Shown piece by piece: positions 47,403 to 57,109 of a stretch of 64,000 nt of DNA; within the stretch, counting starts at the first letter, position 1, and each line of letters begins with the position of its first letter. Location: NCBI GenBank assembly GCA_949286725.1, contig CASECZ010000001.1, positions 259,204-323,203 of the forward strand, written 5' to 3'. The notes under the pieces are model-generated. The model was not told the DNA's origin. It did not search any database and worked only from the letters and a program-made list of their open reading frames with translations. The position numbers were made by a program, and so were the translations under genes. Source of the DNA: an uncultured Clostridia bacterium (GTDB lineage: Bacteria > Bacillota > Clostridia > Christensenellales > CAG-917).

Positions 47403-48973
47403 AAATCACAAAAAAACTCGTCGCGGCACTGTTCTGCGTCGTACTCGCCATAGCGCTCTGCATACCCGCGCTTACGGCGTGCAACCCCAACAAAAACAGC
47501 GAAAAGACGCTCATCGTCGGCACGACCACGGTCATAACTTCTCTGAACCGTCTCGACGCGGGCAGCGGCGGCAACCCCGGCTATAACTACGACGTGTTGA
47601 GCGGAACGGTGTCGCAACTTGCGCCCGTGGCAAAAAACACCGACGGCACGTTCGAACCGTTGCTCACCACCTACGAGGAAACGGATGGCGGCAGAAGCTG
47701 GGTATTCACGGTGCGCAACGGTTTCACCTGGCACGACGGCGTCGCGGTCAACGCGGACGACCTGGTGTTCACTTTCTCGGACTTCTTCGGCTACCCCGAC
47801 GACGAGAACGGCACGCTTTCAAACATAGAAAAGCTCTCCGACCGCTCGGTGAAACTGACGCTCGCAACGCCCAACCCGCGTTTTCTGAACAGCATTATCG
47901 CAATGCGCGTTATGCCCAAGCACCTGCTCGAAGGCAAGACCGCAAAGACGCTTTCGGACGCCGACTCCGTGGTGGGTTGCGGTCCTTTCAAATTCTCGTC
48001 CTTCGACACCAACTCCGGCACCCTCACTTTCGTGAAATACGGAGATTACCCCTACGCCGACCAAATTGCGTTTGACAAGGTCATTTTCAAAACGTACGGC
48101 ACGGCGGACGTTATGCACCTCGCATTGAAATCGGGCGAAATCGATATGGAATACAACTACGCCAAAGGGCTCTACCCTGCCGCGGAAAAAGATTTTGCGG
48201 GCTACAAAGGGCTGACCCTCGACAGTTACGCAGACGAGTCCTACCCCATGAACCTCTTTTTCAACAACGCCGTCGTCACCGACCCCAGCGTGCGTAAAGC
48301 CGTTGCGCTCGCCATCGATTACGCGCAGATAAGAAAACTTTTCGGCACCTCTTTCGCAACTGCGAGTTACGAGGGGTTCGCCTCGCCCGCCACAATCGGC
48401 TACACCGAAACCGCAGAACGCACCCGCAATCTCGACGCCGCGCGCGAACTTCTTCTCGGCGCGGGTTATACGCAGTCGGACAAATTCGCATTCGAACTGC
48501 TCGTGCGCGCGGACGGCAACTACGGCGAAGTCGCCAAAGTGCTCAAAACCCAGCTCGAAGAAACGGGATTGATTTCCGTATCCGTCAAGTCGCAGGAGTC
48601 GCAAACTTTCCTCAGTACGGTGATGGAACACAAACACCAGGCGTGTCTTGTCAAACTGACGGCATACGGCGTCGGCAATCAGGGCGGGCTCGGCAGTATG
48701 TACTTCGTCGCCACGGGCAACGCGCCCTACGCCAACATAACCGACCCCGACTTCCTCCGAATCGTCAACGCGCTGAATACCGCGGCAACGGAGGACGAAT
48801 ACCTCTCCGCGGCGCGCGATTTCCAACTGTACTGCGCCGAGTTCACGCCTGCAATCTCGCTCTACAACGACAGCGTCGTGCAGGTCTACTCCTCGGCTCT
48901 TTCGGGCTTCCGCAAGGACGGCAGTTTCGGTCTGCTCAACATAATCGGCTGGCAGACTTTGCGCAAGGCGTAA
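47399..48973 (+). CDS. Family-5 substrate-binding lipoprotein (NikA/OppA-like)
   Basis: Lipobox LTACN, 524 aa, typical SBP_bac_5 length and motifs (FTWHDG). Confidence 0.85.
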   Translation: MKITKKLVAALFCVVLAIALCIPALTACNPNKNSEKTLIVGTTTVITSLNRLDAGSGGNPGYNYDVLSGTVSQLAPVAKNTDGTFEPLLTTYEETDGGRSWVFTVRNGFTWHDGVAVNADDLVFTFSDFFGYPDDENGTLSNIEKLSDRSVKLTLATPNPRFLNSIIAMRVMPKHLLEGKTAKTLSDADSVVGCGPFKFSSFDTNSGTLTFVKYGDYPYADQIAFDKVIFKTYGTADVMHLALKSGEIDMEYNYAKGLYPAAEKDFAGYKGLTLDSYADESYPMNLFFNNAVVTDPSVRKAVALAIDYAQIRKLFGTSFATASYEGFASPATIGYTETAERTRNLDAARELLLGAGYTQSDKFAFELLVRADGNYGEVAKVLKTQLEETGLISVSVKSQESQTFLSTVMEHKHQACLVKLTAYGVGNQGGLGSMYFVATGNAPYANITDPDFLRIVNALNTAATEDEYLSAARDFQLYCAEFTPAISLYNDSVVQVYSSALSGFRKDGSFGLLNIIGWQTLRKA

Positions 48974-49052
48974 ACTCAACTTCCGTGCCCGCCGCTCTCC
49001 GTTTTCGGCAGGCGGGCGGGCACGGCAAAAATATCAAGGATAAGCAGCAAGC

Positions 49053-50036
49053 GTGAAAAAAAGGATTATCGGCAGTCTGATATTCTCGGTATTGGCTTTG
49101 GCGGCAGTCGTTGTCGTCAACTTTTTCCTGCCGCGAATGATGCCGGGTGACCCCGTTCTCACGCTCATAGGCGGCGACGAAGATTACGTCACGCAGGAAG
49201 AATACGAGGAATGCCGCGAAATGCTGGGGCTCGACAAGCCGCTTTCGGAACAGTTCGGCAACTACCTCAAAGGACTGTTTACGGGCAACCTCGGGTACTC
49301 CTATCATCAGGGCGGCGACGTGTCGGACGTCATATTGCAAAAACTGCCCGTGACGTTGCAGATCGCACTGCCCGCCACCGTGCTTTCAGCGCTCATCGCC
49401 TTGCTGTGGGGGTTGCTCGCGGGACGGCGCAAAACTTCACCTCTCGACAAAATTTCCACGGGGTTCAACATTGCTTTGAACTCCGTGCCGACATTCTTTC
49501 TTGCAATGCTCGCGGTAATAATATTTGCTTACGAACTCGGCTGGCTGCCCTACGGGGGGCTGAACTCCGTCATTCCGCCAGAAAATTCCTTCCTCTATTT
49601 TCTCGACAGGTTGGAACATCTCATACTTCCCGTCGGCGTACTCGTCGCGGCAAGTACGCCCGCAAAATACGTCCTGTTGAGAAATATGGCGGCAAAGGAA
49701 TGGGAAAGCAAATACGTCGTGTTTGCCAAAGCAAAAGGCATATCCGACGGACGTGTCGGCACGGTTCACGTATTCCCGAACATATGCCAACCCTTCCTGA
49801 CGCTGGTCGGAACGGGTTTCGGCAAAATGCTTTCGGGGTCGCTCGTGGTGGAAATGATATTCTCTTTGGACGGAATGGGGACGCTGATAAGTCGCGCCAT
49901 AACACAGCGCGATTTTCCCGTCCTGCAAGGGTGCCTGTTCGTCATCGCGTTGTCCGTAATCATCGCCAATTTCGTCACGGACGTGATATGTGCCGTGACG
50001 GATCCGCGGCAAAGGCTGGGTGAGAACTATGACTGA
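49053..50036 (+). CDS. ABC transporter permease (NikB/OppB-like)
   Basis: 327 aa, 6 TM helices, BPD_transp_1-like core. GTG start. Confidence 0.8.
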   Translation: MKKRIIGSLIFSVLALAAVVVVNFFLPRMMPGDPVLTLIGGDEDYVTQEEYEECREMLGLDKPLSEQFGNYLKGLFTGNLGYSYHQGGDVSDVILQKLPVTLQIALPATVLSALIALLWGLLAGRRKTSPLDKISTGFNIALNSVPTFFLAMLAVIIFAYELGWLPYGGLNSVIPPENSFLYFLDRLEHLILPVGVLVAASTPAKYVLLRNMAAKEWESKYVVFAKAKGISDGRVGTVHVFPNICQPFLTLVGTGFGKMLSGSLVVEMIFSLDGMGTLISRAITQRDFPVLQGCLFVIALSVIIANFVTDVICAVTDPRQRLGENYD

Positions 50037-50895
50037 ATTTTTCGCCGCGAGCCGCCGCAAAATAAAGCGTTTCAAGGGGTACGGAGCACTCGTCGCCGGG
50101 CTTGCGATTTTGCTCACTTTCGTCATATTCGCGGTTTTTCCCGCACAGATTGCACCGCACAACCCCGAAACCGTGTTCGAACCATTCCTTGCGCCTTGCG
50201 CCGAACACCCGCTCGGCACCAACAACATCGGGCGCGACATAATGAGCGAAACGATATACGCCGCACGTTCCACTCTCGTGGTCGGATTGCTCGCCGCCCT
50301 CGTGTCGCTCGTGATAGGCACGCTGGTCGGACTTGCCGCGGGATACCTCGGAAGCATCGCGGGCGAAGCCGTCAACGGCGTCGTCAATTTCTTCCTGCTC
50401 ATACCTATGCTGCCGCTTGCAATCGTGCTTGCGGCTTACCTCGGCGCAGGCTGGCACAACGTCGTACTTACCGTTGCTCTGCTCGGTTGGTGCGGTACGG
50501 CGCGCGCCGTAAGACAACGCACCCTGCAACTCAAAAAAATGCCCTTCGTGAAAATTATGAAAGGGCTCGGTTACTCGCGCACGCGCATATTGTTCGGGCA
50601 CATTCTGCCCAACCTGCGCGAAATCGTTCTCGCCAAATTCGTCACGGGCGTGGCATCCTGCGTTCTTCTCGAAGCCACGCTCGGCTTCCTCGGGCTCGGC
50701 GACGTCACGGAAATCACCTGGGGCGGAATGATAAATCTCGCTTACCGTCACGGCGGGTTTGCCTCGGGAGCGTACAACTGGTTTATGGCACCGGGGGTGT
50801 GCATAATGCTCCTCGTGCTGGCCTTCTATCTTATAAACTACTTCCTCGAAACGCGCGCCAATGCCGTAAAAGGCGGCGCGAGTTACCTCGACTAG
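50029..50895 (+). CDS. ABC transporter permease (NikC/OppC-like)
   Basis: HPLGTNNIGRDI motif typical of OppC/NikC N-terminal regions. The ATG at 50029 overlaps the upstream stop. Confidence 0.8.
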   Translation: MTEFFAASRRKIKRFKGYGALVAGLAILLTFVIFAVFPAQIAPHNPETVFEPFLAPCAEHPLGTNNIGRDIMSETIYAARSTLVVGLLAALVSLVIGTLVGLAAGYLGSIAGEAVNGVVNFFLLIPMLPLAIVLAAYLGAGWHNVVLTVALLGWCGTARAVRQRTLQLKKMPFVKIMKGLGYSRTRILFGHILPNLREIVLAKFVTGVASCVLLEATLGFLGLGDVTEITWGGMINLAYRHGGFASGAYNWFMAPGVCIMLLVLAFYLINYFLETRANAVKGGASYLD

Positions 50896-50903
50896 GAGAG
50901 AAT

Positions 50904-52562
50904 ATGTGTGACAATCTCACGGGAGTCTGCACCTGCGGCACACTCTCACATCACGGACACGACCACTCGGAGGGGCACGCGCACCTGCCTTTTCACAACC
51001 TCTTCGGCACACTGCACGAAAGTTATTTCAGTCAGTTTGCCGACGCACCCGCGCTCGTCGGCGACGACGAAGCCACCGCCCTCGCCCGATACGAAGCGAC
51101 AAAATCGCCCACGCCCGAAAACCTGCTGACGCTCGCGGGCGCGCTGTGCTTCCAACTGCGCTACAAGGACGCCGCCGAGGTCTACCGCCGCATACTGCGC
51201 GACGCGCCCGACAACTACGCCGCCAAACGCAAACTGGCGCTCTGTATGCTGAAAACCCGCGACTTCGCGACCGCGCGCAAACTGCTCGCCGACTGCGACG
51301 CGGCAAATCCCGACAGCCTCGATGTCGTTTACAGACAGGGATTGTGCGAATTCTACGACGGGGATTTCGAGCGGGCGGCACATTATTTCGAAAAGTGTTA
51401 TCCCCTTTCGGAAGACAACGGGGATATGTATATAGCGACGATTTACTGGCACGCGCTTTCCCTCGTACGATGCAACGGTAACGTCGCCGAGGCGATGAAC
51501 CGCTACAACCCCGACATAAAAATCGGGCATCACCTCGGATACCTTCTGACCTGCAAACTGTTTTCGGGTGAGGATACGCTTGCCAACCTCACCGAGACGA
51601 CGGCGCACGCCGACGAGATGACCCGCACCATACTTCTTTACGGCGTGTACCATTTCGAGAAGATGCGCGCGAAACGCACTGCGGCACGCGCCGCCCTTTC
51701 CGAGATGCTCTCGCTCGACACCTACTGGGGGAGTTTCGCGTGGATTGCGGCCTACGGCGACGGCATAGCCGAAGGCGTGATACCCGACCTCGCCGCCGTG
51801 TCCGAAATGCTGAAAGACCGCCTTGCCTCGTACGGCGAAAAAGGCGTCGCAATCGCCTACTCGGGCGGCACGGACTCGGCTTGCCTCGCGGCTTACGCGC
51901 GGCTTGCCGACATTCCCGCAAAAGCCTATCTGGTGAGCTCCCGCCTGCGCTCCGACAAGTCTTTGAAAGAGGCGCAAGAACTCGCGCCAGAAACGGGCGT
52001 CGAATCGACAACTGTAACAATCGACGTTTTATCTGACGAAAATATAACGAAAAACACTTCTTTGCGTTGTTATTACTGTAAACGCGCGCTGTTATCCGCG
52101 GTTGCGGACGCGGCAAAAAAGGACGGCTTCGACACCGTCGTCGACGGCACGAACGCGTCCGACGACAGCGCGGAAAGAGAGGGTATGCGCGCCCTTTCGG
52201 AGCTCGGAGTGCGTTCGCCTTTCAGGGAATGCGGAATAGACAAAAAGACGGTGCGGCTGCTTGCCCGCGCGGCGGGATTGTCCGTCTGGGACAAGCCGTC
52301 CGACTCCTGTCTTGCGACGCGCATCGCCACGGGTGAACGGCTGACCGCGGAACTGCTCGGCAAGGTGGAGCGCGCGGAAGAAAAGGTCGCCGAGGCGGGG
52401 CTTTCGGGCTTTCGCGTCAAGGTGAAGGACAACCGCGCCACTCTGCTGATACGCGAAGAGGACGAAAAAAAGGCGGAAGAGGCGGGCAAAGAATTGCTCG
52501 ACGGCATATACGAAATTTTCGACGGCGGGTACCCGCCGACGGGAAGGAGGAGGAGCATATGA
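50904..52562 (+). CDS. larE: LarE-type ATP-dependent sulfur transferase fused to an N-terminal His/Cys-rich segment and a ~270-aa TPR-like helical domain
   Basis: The C-terminal ~260 aa has the PP-loop IAYSGGTDSA and the KPSDSCLATRI Cys loop typical of LarE. The N-terminus reads MCDNLTGVCTCGTLSHHGHDHSEGHAH, followed by helical repeats (AEVYRRIL..APDNYAA...). AGGAG RBS at the ATG at 50904. The track ORF start at 50196 is rejected. Confidence 0.8.
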   Translation: MCDNLTGVCTCGTLSHHGHDHSEGHAHLPFHNLFGTLHESYFSQFADAPALVGDDEATALARYEATKSPTPENLLTLAGALCFQLRYKDAAEVYRRILRDAPDNYAAKRKLALCMLKTRDFATARKLLADCDAANPDSLDVVYRQGLCEFYDGDFERAAHYFEKCYPLSEDNGDMYIATIYWHALSLVRCNGNVAEAMNRYNPDIKIGHHLGYLLTCKLFSGEDTLANLTETTAHADEMTRTILLYGVYHFEKMRAKRTAARAALSEMLSLDTYWGSFAWIAAYGDGIAEGVIPDLAAVSEMLKDRLASYGEKGVAIAYSGGTDSACLAAYARLADIPAKAYLVSSRLRSDKSLKEAQELAPETGVESTTVTIDVLSDENITKNTSLRCYYCKRALLSAVADAAKKDGFDTVVDGTNASDDSAEREGMRALSELGVRSPFRECGIDKKTVRLLARAAGLSVWDKPSDSCLATRIATGERLTAELLGKVERAEEKVAEAGLSGFRVKVKDNRATLLIREEDEKKAEEAGKELLDGIYEIFDGGYPPTGRRRSI

Positions 52563-53314
52563 AAAATCAGACCGAGGACATTTTGCGCAAAGTGCAGGCG
52601 GGCGAAATGAGCGTGGAAGACGCTCTCCTGCTCATCAAGAAACAGCCCTTCGAGGACATCGGGTTTGCGCACGTCGATTATCACCGCGGGGTGCGTCAGG
52701 GCACGAAAGAAGTCATTTTCGGCATGGGCAAAACCCCCGAACAAATGACGGGCATCGTCAAAAATATGCTTTCCAACGGATTGAGCGACATTCTCATCAC
52801 CAGACTGGCGCCCGAAAAGTACGAGGCGATGAAGGACTCCGTCGAGATGACGTACTACCCCGCAGCACAGGCAGCCGTCGTCGCCGAGACGCCCGACAAG
52901 GTTCGCGTGGGCAACGTCGTACTCGTGTCGGCGGGCACGAGCGACATATCCGTATGCGAGGAAGCCGCCGTCACCGCCGAGTGTCTGGGCAGCAAGGTGA
53001 CGCGCATATACGACGTGGGCGTGTCGGGTCTGCACAGACTGCTTGCTCACCTCGACGAAATCATGTCCGCGCGTGTCGTCATCGCGGTTGCGGGCATGGA
53101 AGGCGCGCTTGCAAGCGTTGTCGGCGGGCTGGTGGATTGCCCCGTCATCGCGGTGCCCACGAGCGTGGGTTACGGCGCGAATTTCGGCGGATTGTCCGCT
53201 CTGCTGGCGATGCTCAATTCCTGTTCCAACGGTACCGCAGTCGTCAACATAGACAACGGGTTCGGCGCGGGATATCTCGCCGATATGATAAACAAAATGG
53301 GGGAAAGCAAATGA
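52559..53314 (+). CDS. larB: LarB (nickel-pincer cofactor biosynthesis carboxylase/hydrolase, PurE-like)
   Basis: HRGVRQGTKEVIFGMGKT, SAGTSD and VAGMEGALASVVGG motifs. ATGA overlaps with both neighbours. Confidence 0.9.
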   Translation: MKNQTEDILRKVQAGEMSVEDALLLIKKQPFEDIGFAHVDYHRGVRQGTKEVIFGMGKTPEQMTGIVKNMLSNGLSDILITRLAPEKYEAMKDSVEMTYYPAAQAAVVAETPDKVRVGNVVLVSAGTSDISVCEEAAVTAECLGSKVTRIYDVGVSGLHRLLAHLDEIMSARVVIAVAGMEGALASVVGGLVDCPVIAVPTSVGYGANFGGLSALLAMLNSCSNGTAVVNIDNGFGAGYLADMINKMGESK

Positions 53315-54489
53315 AAACGCTGTATCTCGAACTCAAAAACGGAGCCTCGGGCGATATGGTCGCCGCCGCACTCTACGACGTTGCGGGACGCGACAGAGAG
53401 TTGCTGTCCGAAATGCAGTCCGCCGCTCCCGACGGCGTGAAAATATACGCCAAGGATTGCCTGCGTCAAGGCGTTGTCGGCACTCTGTTCACCGTCGAAA
53501 GCGAAAATCACGGACACACGCACCGCACGCTTGCCGACGTGTTCGCCGTAATCGACGCTTTCCTCTTCCCCGCCGAGGTAAAAGCCCTCGCAAAAAGCGT
53601 GTACGAAATCATAGCGCGCGCCGAAGCAGAGGTCCACGGGACGACGGAGGACAAGGTGCAATTCCACGAAGTGGGCTCCGTACGCGCCGTCGCGAACGTC
53701 GTGTGCGCCTGTTTCCTGCTCGACGCAATTTCGCCGTCGCGCGTGGTATGCTCTCCCGTCAACGTGGGCGGCGGCACCGTACGCTGTGCGCACGGCGTTC
53801 TGCCCGTACCCACACCCGCTACCGCCGAACTGCTAAAAGGCATTCCCTCTTTCGGCGACGGCAACTGCGAACTCTGCACCACGACGGGCGCGGCACTGGT
53901 TGCCGCCTTTGCGGATAGCTTCGGCAATATGCCGTCGATGACGGTTTCGGCAACGGGTTACGGCATGGGCGGACGCGACCTGCCCGACCGTCTGAACTGC
54001 GTACGCGCTTTCGTCGGCGATGCCGAAACGACAACCGAAAAGGACGACTGCGCCTGCGAAGAGGTCGCCGAACTCGTGTGCAACGTCGACGATATTACGG
54101 GCGAAGCCGTGGGGTACGCATGCGAAAAACTGATGAAAGAGGGCGCTCTCGACGTCAACACGGTGTGCGCGCAGACCAAGAAAAACCGCCCTTGTTTCAT
54201 TCTCACCTGCCTGTGCCGCGCAGACGAAGCCGAAAAGTTCGCAGCGTTGCTCTTCAAACACACTTCGACAATAGGCGTGCGCGTGTCCGTCGTGCGCAGA
54301 ATTTGTCTGAACCGCGAAACGGAAGTCGTGAAAACGCCCCTCGGCGAGGTGCGCGTCAAACACAGCTACGGAATGGGCGCAAGCAAACGCAAAGCCGAAT
54401 TCGACGACCTTGCGCGCATTGCGGACGCCACGGGGAAATCGCTTGCCGAGGTTTACGACGAAATCAAGGACTTCGTAAAACAGTCGTGA
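53311..54489 (+). CDS. larC: LarC (nickel insertion cyclometallase, DUF111)
   Basis: MKTLYLELKNGASGDMVAAAL N-terminus, a His-rich HGHTH segment, and HEVGSVRAV. 392 aa. Confidence 0.9.
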   Translation: MKTLYLELKNGASGDMVAAALYDVAGRDRELLSEMQSAAPDGVKIYAKDCLRQGVVGTLFTVESENHGHTHRTLADVFAVIDAFLFPAEVKALAKSVYEIIARAEAEVHGTTEDKVQFHEVGSVRAVANVVCACFLLDAISPSRVVCSPVNVGGGTVRCAHGVLPVPTPATAELLKGIPSFGDGNCELCTTTGAALVAAFADSFGNMPSMTVSATGYGMGGRDLPDRLNCVRAFVGDAETTTEKDDCACEEVAELVCNVDDITGEAVGYACEKLMKEGALDVNTVCAQTKKNRPCFILTCLCRADEAEKFAALLFKHTSTIGVRVSVVRRICLNRETEVVKTPLGEVRVKHSYGMGASKRKAEFDDLARIADATGKSLAEVYDEIKDFVKQS

Positions 54490-54549
54490 GCCCGATTGTG
54501 CCCAACCTTTCTCGTATACGCCCTATTGCATACGAAAGTTCCGTACAAC

Positions 54550-54581
54550 AAAAAAAGCCGCTTTTCGCGGCTTTTGTTTTT
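54550..54581. terminator. Bidirectional terminator between larC and the DtxR-family gene
   Basis: A-run, GCCGC-TTTTC-GCGGC, then TTTTGTTTTT. Confidence 0.7.
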
Positions 54582-54592
54582 CTCGTCACTTG

Positions 54593-54964
54593 TCACTTGT
54601 CCGCTTTTGCGAACTTTTCTATTATGCGAAACAGGTCATCCGAAATGACGTGTTCTATGCGGCAGGCGTTGTCCTCCGCAAGCTCCTTGTCCGCGCCGAT
54701 TTTCATCAACGCCTCGGTGAGCACCTTGTGCCTGTCGTATATGCTCTCGGCTTTCTTTCTGCCTTCTTCGGTGAACTCGATATTGCCGTCTATGCGGTCG
54801 ATTGTCACATAGCCCTTCTTTTCGAGCAGATTGACGGCGCGCGAAACGCTGGACTTTGCATAATCCAGTTCCTCCACGACGTCGACGGAGCGCACGATTG
54901 AGCGCGTGCGTTTCATCAGCAAAATTGTTTCGAGATACATCTCTTCCGATTCGTGTGTTCTCAT
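54593..54964 (-). CDS. DtxR/MntR family metal-dependent transcriptional repressor (short form)
   Basis: ESEEMYLETILLM, a wHTH segment (VDVVEELDYAKSSVSRAVNLLEKKGYV) and a dimerisation helix. 123 aa. Confidence 0.85.
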   Translation of the reverse strand: MRTHESEEMYLETILLMKRTRSIVRSVDVVEELDYAKSSVSRAVNLLEKKGYVTIDRIDGNIEFTEEGRKKAESIYDRHKVLTEALMKIGADKELAEDNACRIEHVISDDLFRIIEKFAKADK

Positions 54965-55102
54965 ATACTGTCCCTTTGATAAGATATTACTCTCAATCTG
55001 CGATTTTGTAAAGCCGTTGTTGCCCGCGCCGACGGAAAAACGGGTCCTCTGACAATTTTATGCGCTGCTTTCATAGAGTATAAAGACGGTTACGGAGAAA
55101 TT

Positions 55103-56029
55103 ATGAACATAGTGGACAGAGAATTTTACAAGTTGGCGGAGCAAATCGGATATATGTCGGGAGAAGAAATCTTCCGAACGATAAAAACTTCGTTCGAAGC
55201 GATGGCGGAAGGGACGAGGAAAAGTTACGTAAACTTTTTCAACGCGTTCGGATTTTGGGGAAAACTCAACCCCGAAAAAGGCGTTTACGAAGCGTTCGAC
55301 CTGAAAGCCGCGGCTTTGAAACAACATATGACGGACTTCGTGTGGCTGTACGAACGCCTTGCCGATTTCAGGTCCAAAAGAACGCTTTACACCGTGCTGA
55401 ACAACTGGTTCCGTCTGGACTGCACCGCCACGGTGCGCGCAAAGGAATATATGTTCGACGAATATTTCGACCTCGACATACTCAAATACACTTCCGACGA
55501 AGTGGTCGTGGATTTGGGCGCGTACGTCGGCGACACCTTATTGCTCTACGTGCTGAACCTCGGCAGAGACAGTTTCAAAAAGTACTACTGCTACGAAATC
55601 ACTCCATCCACTTTCGAAATACTCCGCAAAAACGTCGTACCGTTCGACAACGTGGAATGCAGACTCAAAGGCATAGCCGACAAAAAAGGAGTTATGCGCA
55701 TTTCGGAAAACAAAACGAGTTTGTCCGCAAACTCGCTCTCGGAAGAGGGCGAAACCGAAGTGGAAGTCACCACGCTGGACGAGGACGTGACCGAGCCCGT
55801 AACGCTGATTAAAGCCGATATCGAAGGCGGCGAACAGAACGCATTGCGCGGTGCGGTAGGACACATAAACAACGATCACCCGAAACTTCTGGTGTCCGTT
55901 TATCACAACAACGAGGATTTGTGGAAAATTCCGCAGATGATAGACGGGATTTCAACCGACTACGATTTTTATCTGCGCTACAAAGGCTCCCTGATTTATC
56001 CGACGGAAATCACGCTGTTTGCCCTGTAA
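55103..56029 (+). CDS. FkbM family methyltransferase
   Basis: VVVDLGAYVGDT SAM motif and the LIKADIEGGEQNALRG block typical of Methyltransf_21/FkbM. Confidence 0.8.
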   Translation: MNIVDREFYKLAEQIGYMSGEEIFRTIKTSFEAMAEGTRKSYVNFFNAFGFWGKLNPEKGVYEAFDLKAAALKQHMTDFVWLYERLADFRSKRTLYTVLNNWFRLDCTATVRAKEYMFDEYFDLDILKYTSDEVVVDLGAYVGDTLLLYVLNLGRDSFKKYYCYEITPSTFEILRKNVVPFDNVECRLKGIADKKGVMRISENKTSLSANSLSEEGETEVEVTTLDEDVTEPVTLIKADIEGGEQNALRGAVGHINNDHPKLLVSVYHNNEDLWKIPQMIDGISTDYDFYLRYKGSLIYPTEITLFAL

Positions 56030-56166
56030 GCCTTGCTCCGTTTCGGCGCAAATCCAATGCCGACCGACGACGTTTCGCTCAACGAAAAACACAATCGGAA
56101 AAAATGCTTAATAAACAAATATTGCGGGCAAAACCCGCAATCTGACGCACTCGATTTGTTTTCGTT

Positions 56167-56307
56167 CTATTTCGTGAGATACTCGAAAAGCTGCCGAATT
56201 CCGATTTCCGCGACGACGATTGCGCCGCAATATTTGCACTCGTAATGATTCCCGCACGTCTTCAACGGCGCGCCGCAGGAGGGACATTTCATTTCAGCAA
56301 GTGCCAT
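56167..56307 (-). CDS. 46-aa zinc-ribbon peptide
   Basis: MALAEMKCPSCGAPLKTCGNHYECKYCGAIV... has two CxxC pairs and an AAAGGGG RBS. It lies 17 nt downstream of the flavin reductase gene. The 198-aa track ORF is an artefactual extension. Confidence 0.5.
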   Translation of the reverse strand: MALAEMKCPSCGAPLKTCGNHYECKYCGAIVVAEIGIRQLFEYLTK

Positions 56308-56324
56308 TTTTACCCCTTTGAATC

Positions 56325-56867
56325 TCACAGATTGGGAGGAAGTTTTGCCTTCATCCTCTCTCGCAGATTGAACTTCTCGCCGTCCGCGACGAACGTCCCG
56401 TCGCCCACGGCGTGCAACATTCTCTTGTCTGCCGCATTCTCGTTGACGACCACGCGCTGCACTTTCAGCACTATGAACCCGTAGTCGTCGATATAGTCCG
56501 TCACTTTGCATTCCAGGCACGCGATGCACTCGGCAATCAACGGCGCTTTGACCGTCTTTGCGGGCAACGCCGTGACGGGAAACACGGAGAACTTGTCTAT
56601 GTCCGCCCCGCTCACCATTCCGATGTCGACGACGGTCTCCGCCATCTCCGCGGGCGGTATGCACACAACGCACTCCCCCGTTTCCATAATGACCGAGAAG
56701 GAATGGTTCCATCCCCCCGTCGTGATGACGATATGTCCGTCGAAGTCGATTGCCATCGTCCACGAGATGGTCATCACGTTGTTGCGCACCCCGTCGAAAG
56801 AGGTCACGAGCGTAACGGGACCAGGTTCGATGTAGGTCAATGCTCTTTCGATCTTCACTTCTTTCAT
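56325..56867 (-). CDS. Flavin reductase-like (FMN-binding split-barrel) protein
   Basis: GPVTLVTS...NVMTISW...ECVVCIP pattern of the Flavin_Reduct domain. The start was set at the ATG at 56867. Confidence 0.8.
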   Translation of the reverse strand: MKEVKIERALTYIEPGPVTLVTSFDGVRNNVMTISWTMAIDFDGHIVITTGGWNHSFSVIMETGECVVCIPPAEMAETVVDIGMVSGADIDKFSVFPVTALPAKTVKAPLIAECIACLECKVTDYIDDYGFIVLKVQRVVVNENAADKRMLHAVGDGTFVADGEKFNLRERMKAKLPPNL

Positions 56868-57109
56868 ATTCGCCTCGCTAGCAAAACGCAAATCGGAGCG
56901 TCGCGGACGCTTTCGCACAACGTGCTTCCGTTTACGGTGCGGAAGCCCGTGAATCGCGACCCCGAAACAAGTTTAACACATATTTCGCATTTTGCACAGT
57001 CGGATATCCCAAACGCCGATTTTCGGCAAAAAAGGCGGGGACGGCACGGCGATATTCGGTTTTGCTTTTGGCGACGGATGTGATATACTGAAAATACAAA
57101 GGAGAGCGT

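Noticed and set aside
50196-50903. Upstream extension of the larE-fusion ORF. Analogous extensions occur at 4428, 30516, 31365, 33813, 34538, 45404, 52954 and 59682.
   Set aside because: The extensions overlap the preceding real genes out of frame and are Arg/Pro-rich. Internal ATGs with Shine-Dalgarno sequences coincide with the start of recognisable homology.
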